DNA of 63,318 nucleotides, filler included, from Chiloscyllium plagiosum (lineage: Eukaryota), in the NCBI RefSeq assembly GCF_004010195.1. It is 4 parts of one record of this genome, joined end to end, with 100 filler letters (N's around TTAATTAATTAA, not from the genome) between each part and the next. Parts side by side here need not be neighbours in the genome. Positions count along the whole stretch, not along the records: positions 29,871 to 59,970 come from NC_057716.1; positions 60,071 to 63,318 come from NC_057716.1; 2 more parts are not named here. The stretch is one strand, 5' to 3'. The notes beneath the pieces are model-generated. The model made no database searches and was not told the origin of the DNA. It worked only from the letters and a program-made list of their open reading frames with translations. Position 1 is the first letter of the stretch, and every line of letters begins with the position of its first letter. Shown here in pieces: positions 49,607 through 61,380 of the stretch. The position numbers were made by a program, and so were the translations under genes.

Positions 49607-50110
49607 GTCATAGAGCTATACAGCATGGAAACAGACCCTTCAGTCCAACTCATCCATGCTGACCCGATATCCCAACCTAATCTAGTCCCATATTGCCAAC
49701 ACTTGGCCCATATCCTTCTATACCTTTCCTATTTATAGCCCCATCCAGATGCCTTTTAAATGTAATTGTACCAGCCTCCACCACATCCTCTGGCAGCTCA
49801 TTCCATACACGCACCCCACCCTCTGCGTGAAAAAGTTGCCTCTTAGGTCTCTTTTATATCTTTCCCCTCTCACCATAAACCTATGCCCTCTAGTTCTGGA
49901 CTCCCCCATTCCAGGGAAATGACCTTGTCTATTTATCCTATCCATGCCCCTCTTGATTTTATAAACCTCTATAAACCCCTCAGCCTCTGACACTCCAGGG
50001 AAAACAACCCCAGTCTATTGAGCCTCTCCCTACAGTTCAAACCTTCCAACCTTTGCAACATCCTTGTAAATCTTTTCTGAACCCTTCCAAGTTTCACAAC
50101 ATCCTTCCAC
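49607..50110 (-). mobile_element. CR1/HER1 3' fragment
   Basis: IEVYKIKRGMDRINRQ..RTRGHRF plus tail. Confidence 0.9.
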
Positions 50111-51647
50111 CTTGAGCAGCACCTTGCGAGATGGCGCACGATGTTCTAGGTGCCATGTCAATGCAAGTTGTTGTTGTTGAGCAACCCCTGGTCCCCTAGC
50201 TTTTGTTGACTTGGGCCTTTGAAGGGTTAAGGCCTTGCTGTGTCATTACTGGGTGGATGCAGCTCCTGAGGGGGGAGTCTGGCAAACCAGAAACAAAAAC
50301 GCACAGCCCTCGGCCCAGGGTTTGTTGAGATATTCTGTAGCTTCCAGTTCTGCTTAGTGAGCCTCTGGCATGTTTCTTCCCCTGTCATGGGCCTCTAGGG
50401 TAGAGAGTTACTCTGCCAGGAACAAGAAACCAGGCACTGTGCTAAGTTCCTGTGTCAAAATCACGTGAGCCCATCGATTCCAAATTCGGAAGTGGGTGTG
50501 TGTTGTTTACTGCAAAGCTTGAGTTTGCCTTGTTACAGCTTAGATACACTGCAGAGGACCGGAAAAGGGAAAATCTTTGAAGATTGATTGAAAGGTCCTC
50601 TGTGCGAGAGAACGGAGCTGAAATGGGTAGACCAAGTCAGCAGAGCTCATAGAAATCACAGAAAGTTTTATAATTTATGAAGCCGCCTTACTTTCACTTG
50701 AATTATATCCCCTCCCGCCATGTACCCGCCTCATTTGATGTGCAATGACTTAGTGAAANNNNNNNNNNNNNNNNNNNNNNNNNNNNNNNNNNNNNNNNNN
50801 NNNNNNNNNNNNNNNNNNNNNNNNNNNNNNNNNNNNNNNNNNNNNNNNNNNNNNNNNNNNNNNNNNNNNNNNNNNNNNNNNNNNNNNNNNNNNNNNNNNN
50901 NNNNNNNNNNNNNNNNNNNNNNNNNNNNNNNNNNNNNNNNNNNNNNNNNNNNNNNNNNNNNNNNNNNNNNNNNNNNNNNNNNNNNNNNNNNNNNNNNNNN
51001 NNNNNNNNNNNNNNNNNNNNNNNNNNNNNNNNNNNNNNNNNNNNNNNNNNNNNNNNNNNNNNNNNNNNNNNNNNNNNNNNNNNNNNNNNNNNNNNNNNNN
51101 NNNNNNNNNNNNNNNNNNNNNNNNNNNNNNNNNNNNNNNNNNNNNNNNNNNNNNNNNNNNNNNNNNNNNNNNNNNNNNNNNNNNNNNNNNNNNNNNNNNN
51201 NNNNNNNNNNNNNNNNNNNNNNNNNNNNNNNNNNNNNNNNNNNNNNNNNNNNNNNNNNTCTTCCAGNNNNNNNNNNNNNNNNNNNNNNNNNNNNNNNNNN
51301 NNNNNNNNNNNNNNNNNNNNNNNNNNNNNNNNNNNNNNNNNNNNNNNNNNNNNNNNNNNNNNNNNNNNNNNNNNNNNNNNNNNNNNNNNNNNNNNNNNNN
51401 NNNNNNNNNNNNNNNNNNNNNNNNNNNNNNNNNNNNNNNNNNNNNNNNNNNNNNNNNNNNNNNNNNNNNNNNNNNNNNNNNNNNNNNNNNNNNNNNNNNN
51501 NNNNNNNNNNNNNNNNNNNNNNNNNNNNNNNNNNNNNNNNNNNNNNNNNNNNNNNNNNNNNNNNNNNNNNNNNNNNNNNNNNNNNNNNNNNNNNNNNNNN
51601 NNNNNNNNNNNNNNNNNNNNNNNNNNNNNNNNNNNNNNNNNNNNNNN

Positions 51648-52945
51648 CGGCCACACCAGAGTTTTGTACAGCTGCAGCATAACCTCATGGTTCTGGAACT
51701 CGATCCCTCTATTAGTAAAAGCTAAAACACTGTATGCCTTCTTAACAACCCTGTCAATCTGGGTGGCAACTTTCAAGGATCTGTGTACATGGACACTAAG
51801 ATCTCTCTGCTCATCTACACTACCAAGAATCTTACCATTAGCCCAGTACTTTGCATTCCGGTTACTCCAACCAAAGTGAATCACCTCACACTTGTCCGCA
51901 TTAAACTCTATTTGCCACCTCTCAGCCCAGCTCTGCCTGAGATACTTTATCTCTCTGCTCCTGGAAAACAAGAATGTGTGTTTCTGGATTGTGACCCAGC
52001 AACGGTGAAGGAACAATGATATATTTCCAAGTCAGGATGGTGAGTGGCTCAGAGGGGAACTTGCAGGGGCTGGTGTTACCCTGTATCTGCTGCCCTTGTC
52101 CTTCTAGGTGGAAGTGGATGTGGGTTTGAAAGGTGCTGTCTGAGGGTCTTTGGTGAGTTTCTGCAGTGCATCTTGTAGATAGTACACACTGCTGCTACTG
52201 AGCGTCGGTGGTGGAGGGGGTGGATGATTCTGGATGAGGTGCCAATCAAGTGGCTGCTTTGACCTGGGCATCATGTTGCAGGATTGGTTAGGTCAGGTTT
52301 AGAATTCTGCACAATTCTGGCCACCCTGCTGCAGGATAGATGTTGTTAAACTAGAAAAGGCACTGAAAAAAATTATTCAAATGTTGCCAGGGTTGTAGGG
52401 TTTGAGCTATAGGGAGAGGCTGAATAGGCTGGGGCTGTTTTCCCTGGAGCGTCGGAGTTTGAGGGGCTTCCTTATCGAGGGGCATGGATAGGATAACTAG
52501 ACATTGTCTTTTCCCTGGAGTTGGGGAGTCCAGAACTAGAGGGAATAGGTTTAGGCTGAGCAGGGAAAGATATAAAAGAGACCTAAGGGGCAACTTTTTC
52601 ACACAGAGGGTGGTACGTGTATGGAGCGAGGTGCCAGAGGAAGTGGTGGAGGCTGGTACAATTGCAACATTTAAAAAGGCATTTGAGCAGGTACGTGGAT
52701 GTTGGGGAAATGTTTTCATTGGTAGGAGAGGCCAGGACCCGAGGACATGTCCTGAGAGTAAAGGGAAGACCTTTTAGAACGGAGAGAAGGAGAAACTTCT
52801 TCAGCCAGACAGTGGGGAATCTGTGGAATTCACTGCCACAGAAGGCTGTGGAGGCCAGGTCATTGAGTGTATTTAAGACAGAGATAGATAGGGTCTTGAG
52901 CATCAAGGTTTACGGGGAGAAAATAGGAGAATGGGTATGAGAAAC
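51648..52945. mobile_element. CR1 (-) 51648-51938, L2/CR1-group (-) ~51985-52265 and CR1 (+) ~52270-52945 fragments
   Basis: WAERWQIEFNADKCEVIHFG, RTRGNRFRL, RTRGHVLRVKGRPFRTE. Confidence 0.85.
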
Positions 52946-52949
52946 GTGT

Positions 52950-53465
52950 CAAAATGTACAAATTACCTTGCAAGGACTGTAACAAACACTACATTGGACA
53001 CACAGGCAGAAAACTAGCCACCAGGATACATGAACACCAACTCGCCACAAAAAGACATGACCCTCTCTCACTCGTATCCTCACATACGGATGAGGAAGGA
53101 CACCACTTTGACTAAGACAACACATCCATCCTAGGACAAGCCAAACATAGACACGCATGAGAATTGCTAGAAGCATGGCATTCCAGCTGGAACTCTATCA
53201 ACAAACACATCGAGTTAGACCCCATTTACCACCCCCTGAGACAAGGAACAGGAAGTGACTTCACCACAGGAAATGACATCACCAACCCAAAGAAAGCCAA
53301 ACATATAAATAGAAAGCAGGAATTTTCAGCAGTGGTTCGCCTGAGGCGGACTGGGATGTTACCTAGTAGGGTAACGAAACGTCTGGAAATTAACCTTCCA
53401 GCTCAGCGAGCAATCCTACATCCAGAACCTCAACCTGAGCTACAAATTTTCTCAAAACCTGCTAA
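52950..53465 (+). mobile_element. Penelope-like GIY-YIG fragment (family C)
   Basis: YKLPCKDCNKHYIGHTGRKLATRIHEH-like translation from ~52957, followed by a terminus with a hammerhead remnant. Confidence 0.85.
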
Positions 53466-53923
53466 AATGTATCAGCCATGGTTGAATGGCAGAGCAGACT
53501 CGATGGGCTGAATGGCCTAATTTCTGCTTCCGATGGTATTTTGATCGAAGAAAGGTTTAGAGGGATATGGGCCAAATGCAGGCAAATGGGACAAGTTCAA
53601 TTTGACAAACCTGGTCGACATGGACCAGTTGAGCAGAAGGGCCTGTTTCTGTACTGTCTGACTCCATGATTCGCAGCTTCTCAAGTGACTGGGTAAAGGT
53701 CGACTCTGAAAGGGTTCATGTTGAGAGATACATTAATTACCACCCAATATGATAATGTCGTGTGGACCTGCGGGAGAGGGGGTGAATGGTTTGGGAGCTT
53801 GAAGGGGTCAGACCTCAGATCCAGCCCCCCCCCCACCATTGCCTCAGCACCAACACTGATCACACCACTAACAGCTGGAAACACAGGGGCCTTTGTGCAA
53901 TCATCACCATTTTGTTTAAGGCA

Positions 53924-54212
53924 AGGTGGCACAGTGGTTAGCACTGCTGTCTCACAGCGCCAGAGACCCGGGTTCAATTCCCGCCTCAGGCGACGGTCTG
54001 TGTGAAGTTTGCACATTCTCCCTGTGTCTGCGTGGGTGTCCTCTGGAGTATTCCGGTTTCCTCCCACAGTCCAAAGATGTGCAGGTTAGGTGAATTGGCC
54101 ATTCTAAATTGTCCGTAGTGTTAGGTGCAGGGGAATGGGTCTGGGTGGGTTGCGCTTCGGCGGGTGGACTTGTTGGGCCGAAGGGCTTGTTTCCACACTA
54201 AGTAATGTAATC
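53924..54212 (+). mobile_element. HE1-type SINE
   Basis: A-box/B-box head (ggcacagtggttagcact..gggttcaattccc) and the family body. Confidence 0.85.
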
Positions 54213-54449
54213 AAGAACCTTCTCTTATTTGGCTACCATGTGGTTCACTGGGCTAGTCCGGTGCTGTTGATACCCTCCTAAAAAGGAGAAGGGGACCTCC
54301 ACATCTCCCTGATATATTCAGGATGTGGCCTCTCAGAAAACAGTTTGCTCCCGTCACAAATACAGAAATTGCCGGAAAAGCTCAGCAGGTCTGGCAACAC
54401 CTGTGGAGGAAAAGCAGAGTTAATGTTTCAGGTTAACTGACCTTCCTTC

Positions 54450-54976
54450 CCAATTCTGGTCTCCTTCCTATCGGAAGGATGTTGTGAAACTTGAAAGGGT
54501 TCAGAAAAGATTTACAAGGATGTTGCCTGGATTGGAGGATTTGAGCTATAGGGAGAGGTTGAACAGGCTGGGGCTGTTTTCCCTGGAGCGTTGGAAGGGT
54601 GACCGTATAGAGGTTTATAAAATCATAATGGCCATGGATAGGATAAATAGACATTGTCTTTTCCCTGGAGTGGGGAGTCCAGAACTAGAGGGCATAGGTT
54701 TAAGGTGAGAGGGCAAAGATATAAAAGAGACCTAAGGGGCAACTTTTTCACACAGAAGGTAGTGTCTGTATGGAATGAGCTACCAGAGGAAGTGGTGGAG
54801 GCTGGTACAATTACAGCATTTAAAAGGCATCTGGATGGGTATATTGATAGGAAGAGTTTAGTGGAATATGGGCCAAGTGCTGGTGAATGGAACTAGATTG
54901 GATTAGGATATCTGGGTGGCATGGACGGAAGGGTCTGTTTCCGTGCTGTACATCTCTATATCTGTATGACTTTATG
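54450..54976 (+). mobile_element. CR1/HER1 3' fragment
   Basis: KLERVQKRFTRMLPGLEDLSYRERLNRLGLFSLE plus tail. Confidence 0.9.
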
Positions 54977-54984
54977 ATCCGAGG

Positions 54985-56150
54985 GGACAATATTGTCAAT
55001 GATCAGATTCAAAGGCAGGAGTAAGCCAGTCAGGCCCTCAAACTGGCTCCACCATTTAATGATGGTCCCTTTACTTGGATTCCTTATATTTGAGTGGGTC
55101 TCCTGATCTGAAGGCCTCACGCCTGGTTTTTAGCAGGTTCTGTATGTCCTGATTCATCCAGGGTTTCCTGTTGGGGAACACCCGGATTGACTCCCTCGGT
55201 ATACAGTCGTCCACACACTTGCTGATATAGTCTGTGATGGTGGTGGCGTACCTGTCCAAGGTACCTGCGGCCTGTTTGCACATGGCTCAATCAGCCAATT
55301 CTCGGCAGCACCGGAGTTGATCCTCTGCCTCCTCTGACCAGCACTGGACCTATATCCGTGAGGGGGGTCTCCTGTTTGAGCTTTTCCCTGTAAGCTGGGA
55401 GAAGAAACACGGCATTGTGGTCGGAGTTCCCGAAATGAGGGTGGGGGATGGAGCGGTTGGCATCTTTCACAATGGTGTAGCAGTGGTCTCAAATGTTCGA
55501 GCCCCTGGTGGAACAGGTAATGTCCTGGTGGTACTTGGGTAACACTGACCTTAGATTGGCTTGATTGAATGCACCTGTTACAATAAACAGGGCCTCGGGG
55601 TGTCCCATCTCCAGGGTTGTAGGGGTGGAGTACAGCACATCCAGAGCTTCCTCAATCTTTGCTTGTGTACACAGCAGTTAGTACAGCAATGGGAAATCAC
55701 CGTGGTAGATAGAAGGGGCAGCATTTGATGATGAGGAGTTCAAGGTTTGGGGAACCATGGCTGCCCAGGGTTGCAATATCCGTGCACTGCAAGATGTTGA
55801 TTAAAAAGCAAACCCCTCCACCCTCTGTCTTACCTGAGGATGCTGTACGGTCCATAGGATGGATAGAGAAATCATCAGAAGTGCGCAGTCAGGAATGGAT
55901 GGGTTGAGCCAGGTTTCTGTGAAGCAGAGTGCGCAGCAGTCCCACAGTTCACGTTGGAAGCTGAGCCGTCATCCGAGTTCGTCCATCTTGTTCCCCAGAG
56001 ATTGTACATTTGCTCAGAATAAGCTAGGAAGGGGGGTCTTGAAACTGCATAGTCTCAGTCTTACTAGCAGGCCAGCACATTTACCCCACTTCCTCGCAGG
56101 TATCTTACATTTGAGTGGTCTGGTGGAGTGCATTGTGACTGCTTCCAGTT
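54985..56150 (-). mobile_element. Rex1/Babar-like LINE endonuclease-region fragment
   Basis: ITDYISKCVDDCIPRESIRVFPNRKPWMN, with LCFTETWL and DHNAV-type APE motifs on the minus strand. Confidence 0.75.
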
Positions 56151-56310
56151 AAGTGATCCTTCCTCAGTGATCCAGCCTGTTGGACTCTAACCTGGTGTTG
56201 TGTGATTTTTAACTTTGGTAAAAACAATGACTGCAGATGCTGGAAACCAGATTCTGGATTAGTGGTGCTGGAAGAGCACAGCAGTTCAGGCAGCATCCGA
56301 CGAGCAGCAA

Positions 56311-56346
56311 AATCGACGTTTCGGGCAAAAGCCCTTCATCAGGAAT
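56311..56346 (-). ncRNA. Minimal hammerhead motif (family B)
   Basis: Minus strand reads ATTC-CTGATGA-A-GGGC-tttt-GCCC-GAA-ACGT-C^GATT. Confidence 0.75.
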
Positions 56347-56536
56347 AAAAGCAGGTGATTTTTAACTTTGTCCACCCCAGTCCAACACCGGTCCTCCACA
56401 TCATTTTAATTTAGTTCTGTCCCTCTGTCCCTACCCTCTCCTAACTGTGTTGTTGTTACTTTGCTCCTGAGGTCAACAATTTTTACTCATTTATTAAATT
56501 AGAAACCCAGCTGATGTGGTGATCATAATCAAAGGT

Positions 56537-56630
56537 GTGTAATAGGCAGAGGTGTGTAATAGGCAGAGGGGTGTAATAGGCAGAGGGGTGTAATAGGCAG
56601 AGGGGTGTAATAGGCAGAGGCGTGTAATAG
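56537..56630. repeat. 17-bp minisatellite
   Basis: (gtgtaataggcagaggN), about 5.5 copies. Confidence 0.95.
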
Positions 56631-56929
56631 CATCTCTGAACTGAAGGAAAGGAAGGGGCAAGAGTTGCTTCATTCATTGTTTTGCCCCTTTACCAGGGAC
56701 TCTGTCACTTCATGTTTCACTCTGGGTATCATCCAAATAGCAGCCTTGTAGTTCTGCCATATCCTTTGTAAGCCTACATTTTCCCTCTTCCCAAAACATC
56801 TCACCTCTAATTAACTTGTATTCCTCTCTACAGCCCTAATTATTTAAATAACCAGGATACTGGTCCCACTGCCATTCAATTAAAGCTTATCCTACTGAAA
56901 CATATCCCAGTATTCTATCCTAATACTGG

Positions 56930-59280
56930 TTCCAGTCTAAGGATATGGGGTGGGCCATTTTGGGCTGAGATGAGGAGAGATGTCCTCACCCAGAGAGTAA
57001 GGAGCCTGGGGAATGCTCTGTCACAGAAAATGGTTGAGGCCAAAACATTGAATGTTTTCAAGAAGGAGTCAGATATGGTTCTTAGGGCTAAAGGGGTCAA
57101 AGGGTATGGGGAGAACCTAAGTTGGATGATCAGCCATGATCGTATCGAATGTCGGAGCAGGCTCGAAGGGCCGAGTGGCCTACTCCTGCTCCTACTTCCT
57201 GTTTTCTGAAGTGGGCATGTTTGTGTTTTATATTGGGGGATTAATTCATTTGTTTTTAGGTTTACTTTTACATAAAAGAGCATTGGTTTTCAACACCCCC
57301 AATAATATTTTTTCCTCTTTGGTGGTAGGTTTCAGTTCAGTTCATGGGTTAAGGGTCAAGATGGGGCGGATGTAGGGGCTGAGGTTAAGGGTCAGAGTGG
57401 GGTAAACGTGGGAGCTGGAGCGAAGTGTTAGGAACAGGGTGGTTGTGGGGGCTAAGATTAAGATTTGAGGTAAAGTAAAAGTGGGAGTCAAAGGGTCAGA
57501 GCAGGAAGGGGTGGGGGTGAGGACTGGGTTGAGCATCAAGGTGGGGTGGGGGTGGGAGCTAGGGTCAATGACCCACTCTCGCTGAGGGTGGGGTTGATGT
57601 CCTAAGTGCAGTTGTTGATGGTGTACTGACAGGCACCACTAGGTGGCAGTGGTGGACAGCACCAGTGTGTTCCCTGGTGCCACTGGGCATTAACCCGGCC
57701 TCTTACCGCAGGGGCTCGTGGGGGGAAGGGGTAAAGGGGCCAGGGTGGGGATGGGGGGTTACAGGGAGGGGTTCCCATTCATGGGGCCTGCTTCCTTCAG
57801 CTAGATGTGGAGCTGGGTCTCTCTGGGCTGGAGCAAGGGGCAGATATGAGATGATGTGTAACATTCACCAGGACCAGCACCACGTCTGGGAGGGGGTCTC
57901 CTGCGTTGCCTCAATGTTCCTCTCCCACAAAATTCCATGGCTCAGAACGCGGCCGTATGGATCCCTGGATGATCCAGGAGCTGTTTACGCTGGCTGGAGC
58001 ACTCTCAACAGTACACTGGTTCTCCAGCCTCACCCAGCTACACAAGGACCAGGTTCAGAAACTTTTCAATGTTTGAAATGCACCCCGGTGTTTTCAAAAC
58101 TCTCCCCCACCTCACCCCTTACCTTTCTGTGTAACCTGCTCCAGACCCCAAACCCTTTGAAATCACCCACCATTTAATTCTGGCCTCTTGGTCTGTTTCC
58201 ACTGCTTCACCATTGGTGGACGGGCCCTCAGTTACCTGAGCCCAAGCTCAGGAATTCGCTTCATACCCCTCCCTTAGGGTCCCCCCCAAGCCCCCCCCTT
58301 CAGGGGTATCTCTCTTAGCCCTGCTCCCCGCATGGGGAAGCTAGAACACAGAAACTCAAGGTGTCCCAGAGTGATTCCTGGGATGGCAGGGCTGATGTAT
58401 GAACAGACACTGATCAGTTGGGGCTATACTGACTGAGGTTTAGAAGAATGAGGGGAAATCTCATAGAGATCTATAAAACTCTAACACGACTAGACAGTGG
58501 TAAACACAGGATGAATGTTCCTGATGACCAAGGAATCCCAAACCAGGGGGTCACAGTCTGAGGAAACAGGGTAAGCCCGGGGGAATGTCTTCCCTGGGGG
58601 TGGGGAGCCTGTGGAATACTCCGCTATAGAGAGCAGCTGAGGCTAAAACATTGAATATTTTCAAGGAGTTGGATGTAGTTCCAAGGGCTAAAGGGATCAA
58701 AGGTTATGGGGGAGAAAGCGGGAACATTGGAATGAGTTGGATGATAAGCCATGATCTTCTTTAATTGGTACAGCAGGCTAGAAGGGCCGAATGGCCTGCT
58801 CCTGCTCCTATTTTCTGGGTTTCTTAGAGATAAGGAGAAATGTGTGGCATGGAGGTTGTAAATTATCCCAATTCTCTGACCCAGAGGGGTGTGGATTCTC
58901 CATCATTGAATATATTTCAGGCAGGGACAGACAGGGATTTGGTTTCTGAGGGAAGCGAGGAAGACGGGAGCAGGTGGGAAAATGGGATTCAACCCCAAGA
59001 TCAGCCTTGATCATGTTGATTGGAGAAGTAGGCTCCTAATTTTCAGTTCCATAAAACCAACCCCTTTAAGCAAACTGTAGGTCTCCATGTCCTAATAAGG
59101 CCATAAGACATAGGAGCTGAAGTAGGCCGTTCAGCCCATCAAGTCTACTCTGCCATTCATTGAGATCGTGGCTAATCTGATAGTCTTCAATTCCCCTTTC
59201 TTGCCTTTTCCCCATAAGCCTTGAATCCCTTCCTGATTAGACATCTGTCTATTTCAGCTCTGAATATACTTAATGAATAA
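56930..59280. mobile_element. Older CR1-group 3' fragments (~56930-57205 +, ~58360-58815 +, ~58830-59040 +, ~59100-59275 -)
   Basis: Recurrent tail ..ggatgatcagccatgatc..gaagggccgaatggcctactcctgctcct. Unique sequence lies between the pieces. Confidence 0.7.
57636..57649 (+). promoter_or_regulatory. Candidate CTCF core motif
   Basis: CCACTAGGTGGCAG in apparently unique sequence. Confidence 0.6.
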
Positions 59281-59699
59281 AGTGCTTTATTATGTTGTAG
59301 TGTTATATAAATGCAGATTGTTGTTGTCACCTCCTGAACATAATTTTCACAAATGTTATGGATCATGCTGTTGAACCTCACCCATTCTGATCGGTGAGGT
59401 TGGATGTGTCAGGGGGTGGGGAGAGGGGTCGAGTGACAGCCTGGCGTTTCCCCATATGACTGGACAGCGTCGTGTCCATCAGTGAGCCCAAACTGAACAG
59501 GAATCCCAGAAATTCAAACATTTCCAAGGAAGCGTCACTGAACCCAAAACTTTACTGACTTCTCTCCACTGATGCTGCCAGACCTGATGAGTTCCTCCAA
59601 CAACTTCTGTTTTTGTTTCAGATTCCAGCTTCTGCAGTTCTTTGTTTGTCACTGTGGCAATGGACAGAAGACAGCAGCTAACACTGAGAAAGAAAGGTC

Positions 59700-60310
59700 A
59701 CACTCTCACACTCATACACACTCGCACAGACACACACATTCAGTTACACGCATACACACACACACTCATAGACACGTTCATATACACACACACTCAGACA
59801 CTCACATTCATGCACACACACACTCACACACTCATAGACATGTTCATATACACACACACACATTCATAGACACGTTCATATACACACACACACTCATAGA
59901 CATTCACATTCATACACTCACACATACACAAACACACCCACACCACCCTCCTCCTCTAACCAAAAAAAAANNNNNNNNNNNNNNNNNNNNNNNNNNNNNN
60001 NNNNNNNNNNNNNNTTAATTAATTAANNNNNNNNNNNNNNNNNNNNNNNNNNNNNNNNNNNNNNNNNNNNCCATTCTCGCTCTCCATTCTCGCTCTCTCT
60101 CTCTCCCTTCCCCTCTCTCTCTCTCTCTCTCTCTCCCTTCTCTCTCTCTCTCTCCCTTCTCCCTCTCTTTCTCCTTCACTCTCTCTCTCTCCCATCTCGC
60201 TCTCCCCTGCTCCCTTCCCTCCCCACACTCTCTCTCTCTCTCTTTTCCCTTTCTCTCACCTTCTCCCTCTCTTTCTCTCTGTCTTTCCCTTCCCCCTCCC
60301 TCTCTCTGCT
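59700..60310. repeat. (CA)-rich and (CT)-rich low-complexity tracts flanking an assembly linker
   Basis: Direct inspection. Confidence 0.9.
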
Positions 60311-60559
60311 CCATTTCCTTGTATTTTAACTGTTTGCCTTTCTGATTTGGTAATTTTCTATGCAATCTTTTTATAGCAGTGTATTAAGTACAGTGAGCTT
60401 TTACAGCTAATTTTGGATGCCAAATCCTCTGGCTGCGAAATGAAATCAGTTGAAAAATGTTTGAATGTCAAAAATAATTGTTTTGAGTAAGTGTGCCAGG
60501 GAGTGATTGGGTCCAGCCTGACATTATGATTGTTGTCTCTCCCTTTGGACGTTTCCTGG

Positions 60560-60930
60560 TGGTGACATTGTGTTGTCACTGAAGCAATAATCCCGAGAGG
60601 CCAGGCTGGGACTTTAGGGAAATGGATTCAAATCCCTCAATGGCACGAGGTGGACTTTTAAACTCACTAAATAAATCTGGAATTGACCTTGACTCTGTAA
60701 CAGTGACCAAGAGACGTTCATCAATTGTTGGAAAATCCCACCTGGTTCACTAATGTCCTTTAGGGGAGGAATCTGCCATCCTTACCTGGTCTGGCCCACA
60801 CGTGACTCCAGACCCACAGCAATGTGGTTGACTCTTACCTGCCCTCTGAAATGCCCAGTCAGTCACTCCACTCAAGGGCAATTAGGGACAGGAATCCCCA
60901 AATGTTGGCTTTACCAGTGCCCCCACATCA
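60560..60930 (+). mobile_element. Second SINE-like family (other copies ~14360-14560 -, ~36270-36535 +, ~48107-48440 -, ~48730-49230 +)
   Basis: Shared body ggaaatctgccatccttacctggtctggcc..gtgactccagacccacagcaatgtggttgactctta. Its 3' end resembles the LINE tail at 20515-20580. Confidence 0.7.
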
Positions 60931-61380
60931 AAAACAAAACTCTACCCTCCATCAATCTTCCATCGTTCTGTGTCATCGTTCTTTCAATTGTCGTCCTTCA
61001 CAGTTCCCCACTCTCTCTTTAACCTCCCCACGCCTGTTAGGGGCAGTTTTACAGGTACTGATACCCTCCCACAGGCCTCCTGTGTTAACACAGACTCGTG
61101 TCTCAAAGCACCTTTCACATCCTTAAGACAATCCCAGAGCACCTCCAGCCAATCAGAGTCTCTGAAAGTGAAGGAGTCACCGATGGAATGTGGCTGTGAT
61201 ATTGGACACTGTAGGATTCCACAAAAAGCGACCTGATAACGGTCAATTAATTTATTTTAAAGTTGCTGGATGGGGATAAATGCTGGACAGGAATGTGGGT
61301 AAACTCTCCTTACTGTCCTTGAACTAATGCAATGAGGCAGTTACATCATCAACAACTTGCATTTATATAGCACTTTTACA

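Noticed and set aside
57650..57665. GGACAGCACC resembling an RE1/REST half-site
   Set aside because: The left half (TTCAGCACC) is absent at canonical spacing.
57665..58177. 170-aa + strand ORF
   Set aside because: It has no recognisable domain or convincing start context, and a spliced minus-strand reading fits the signals better.
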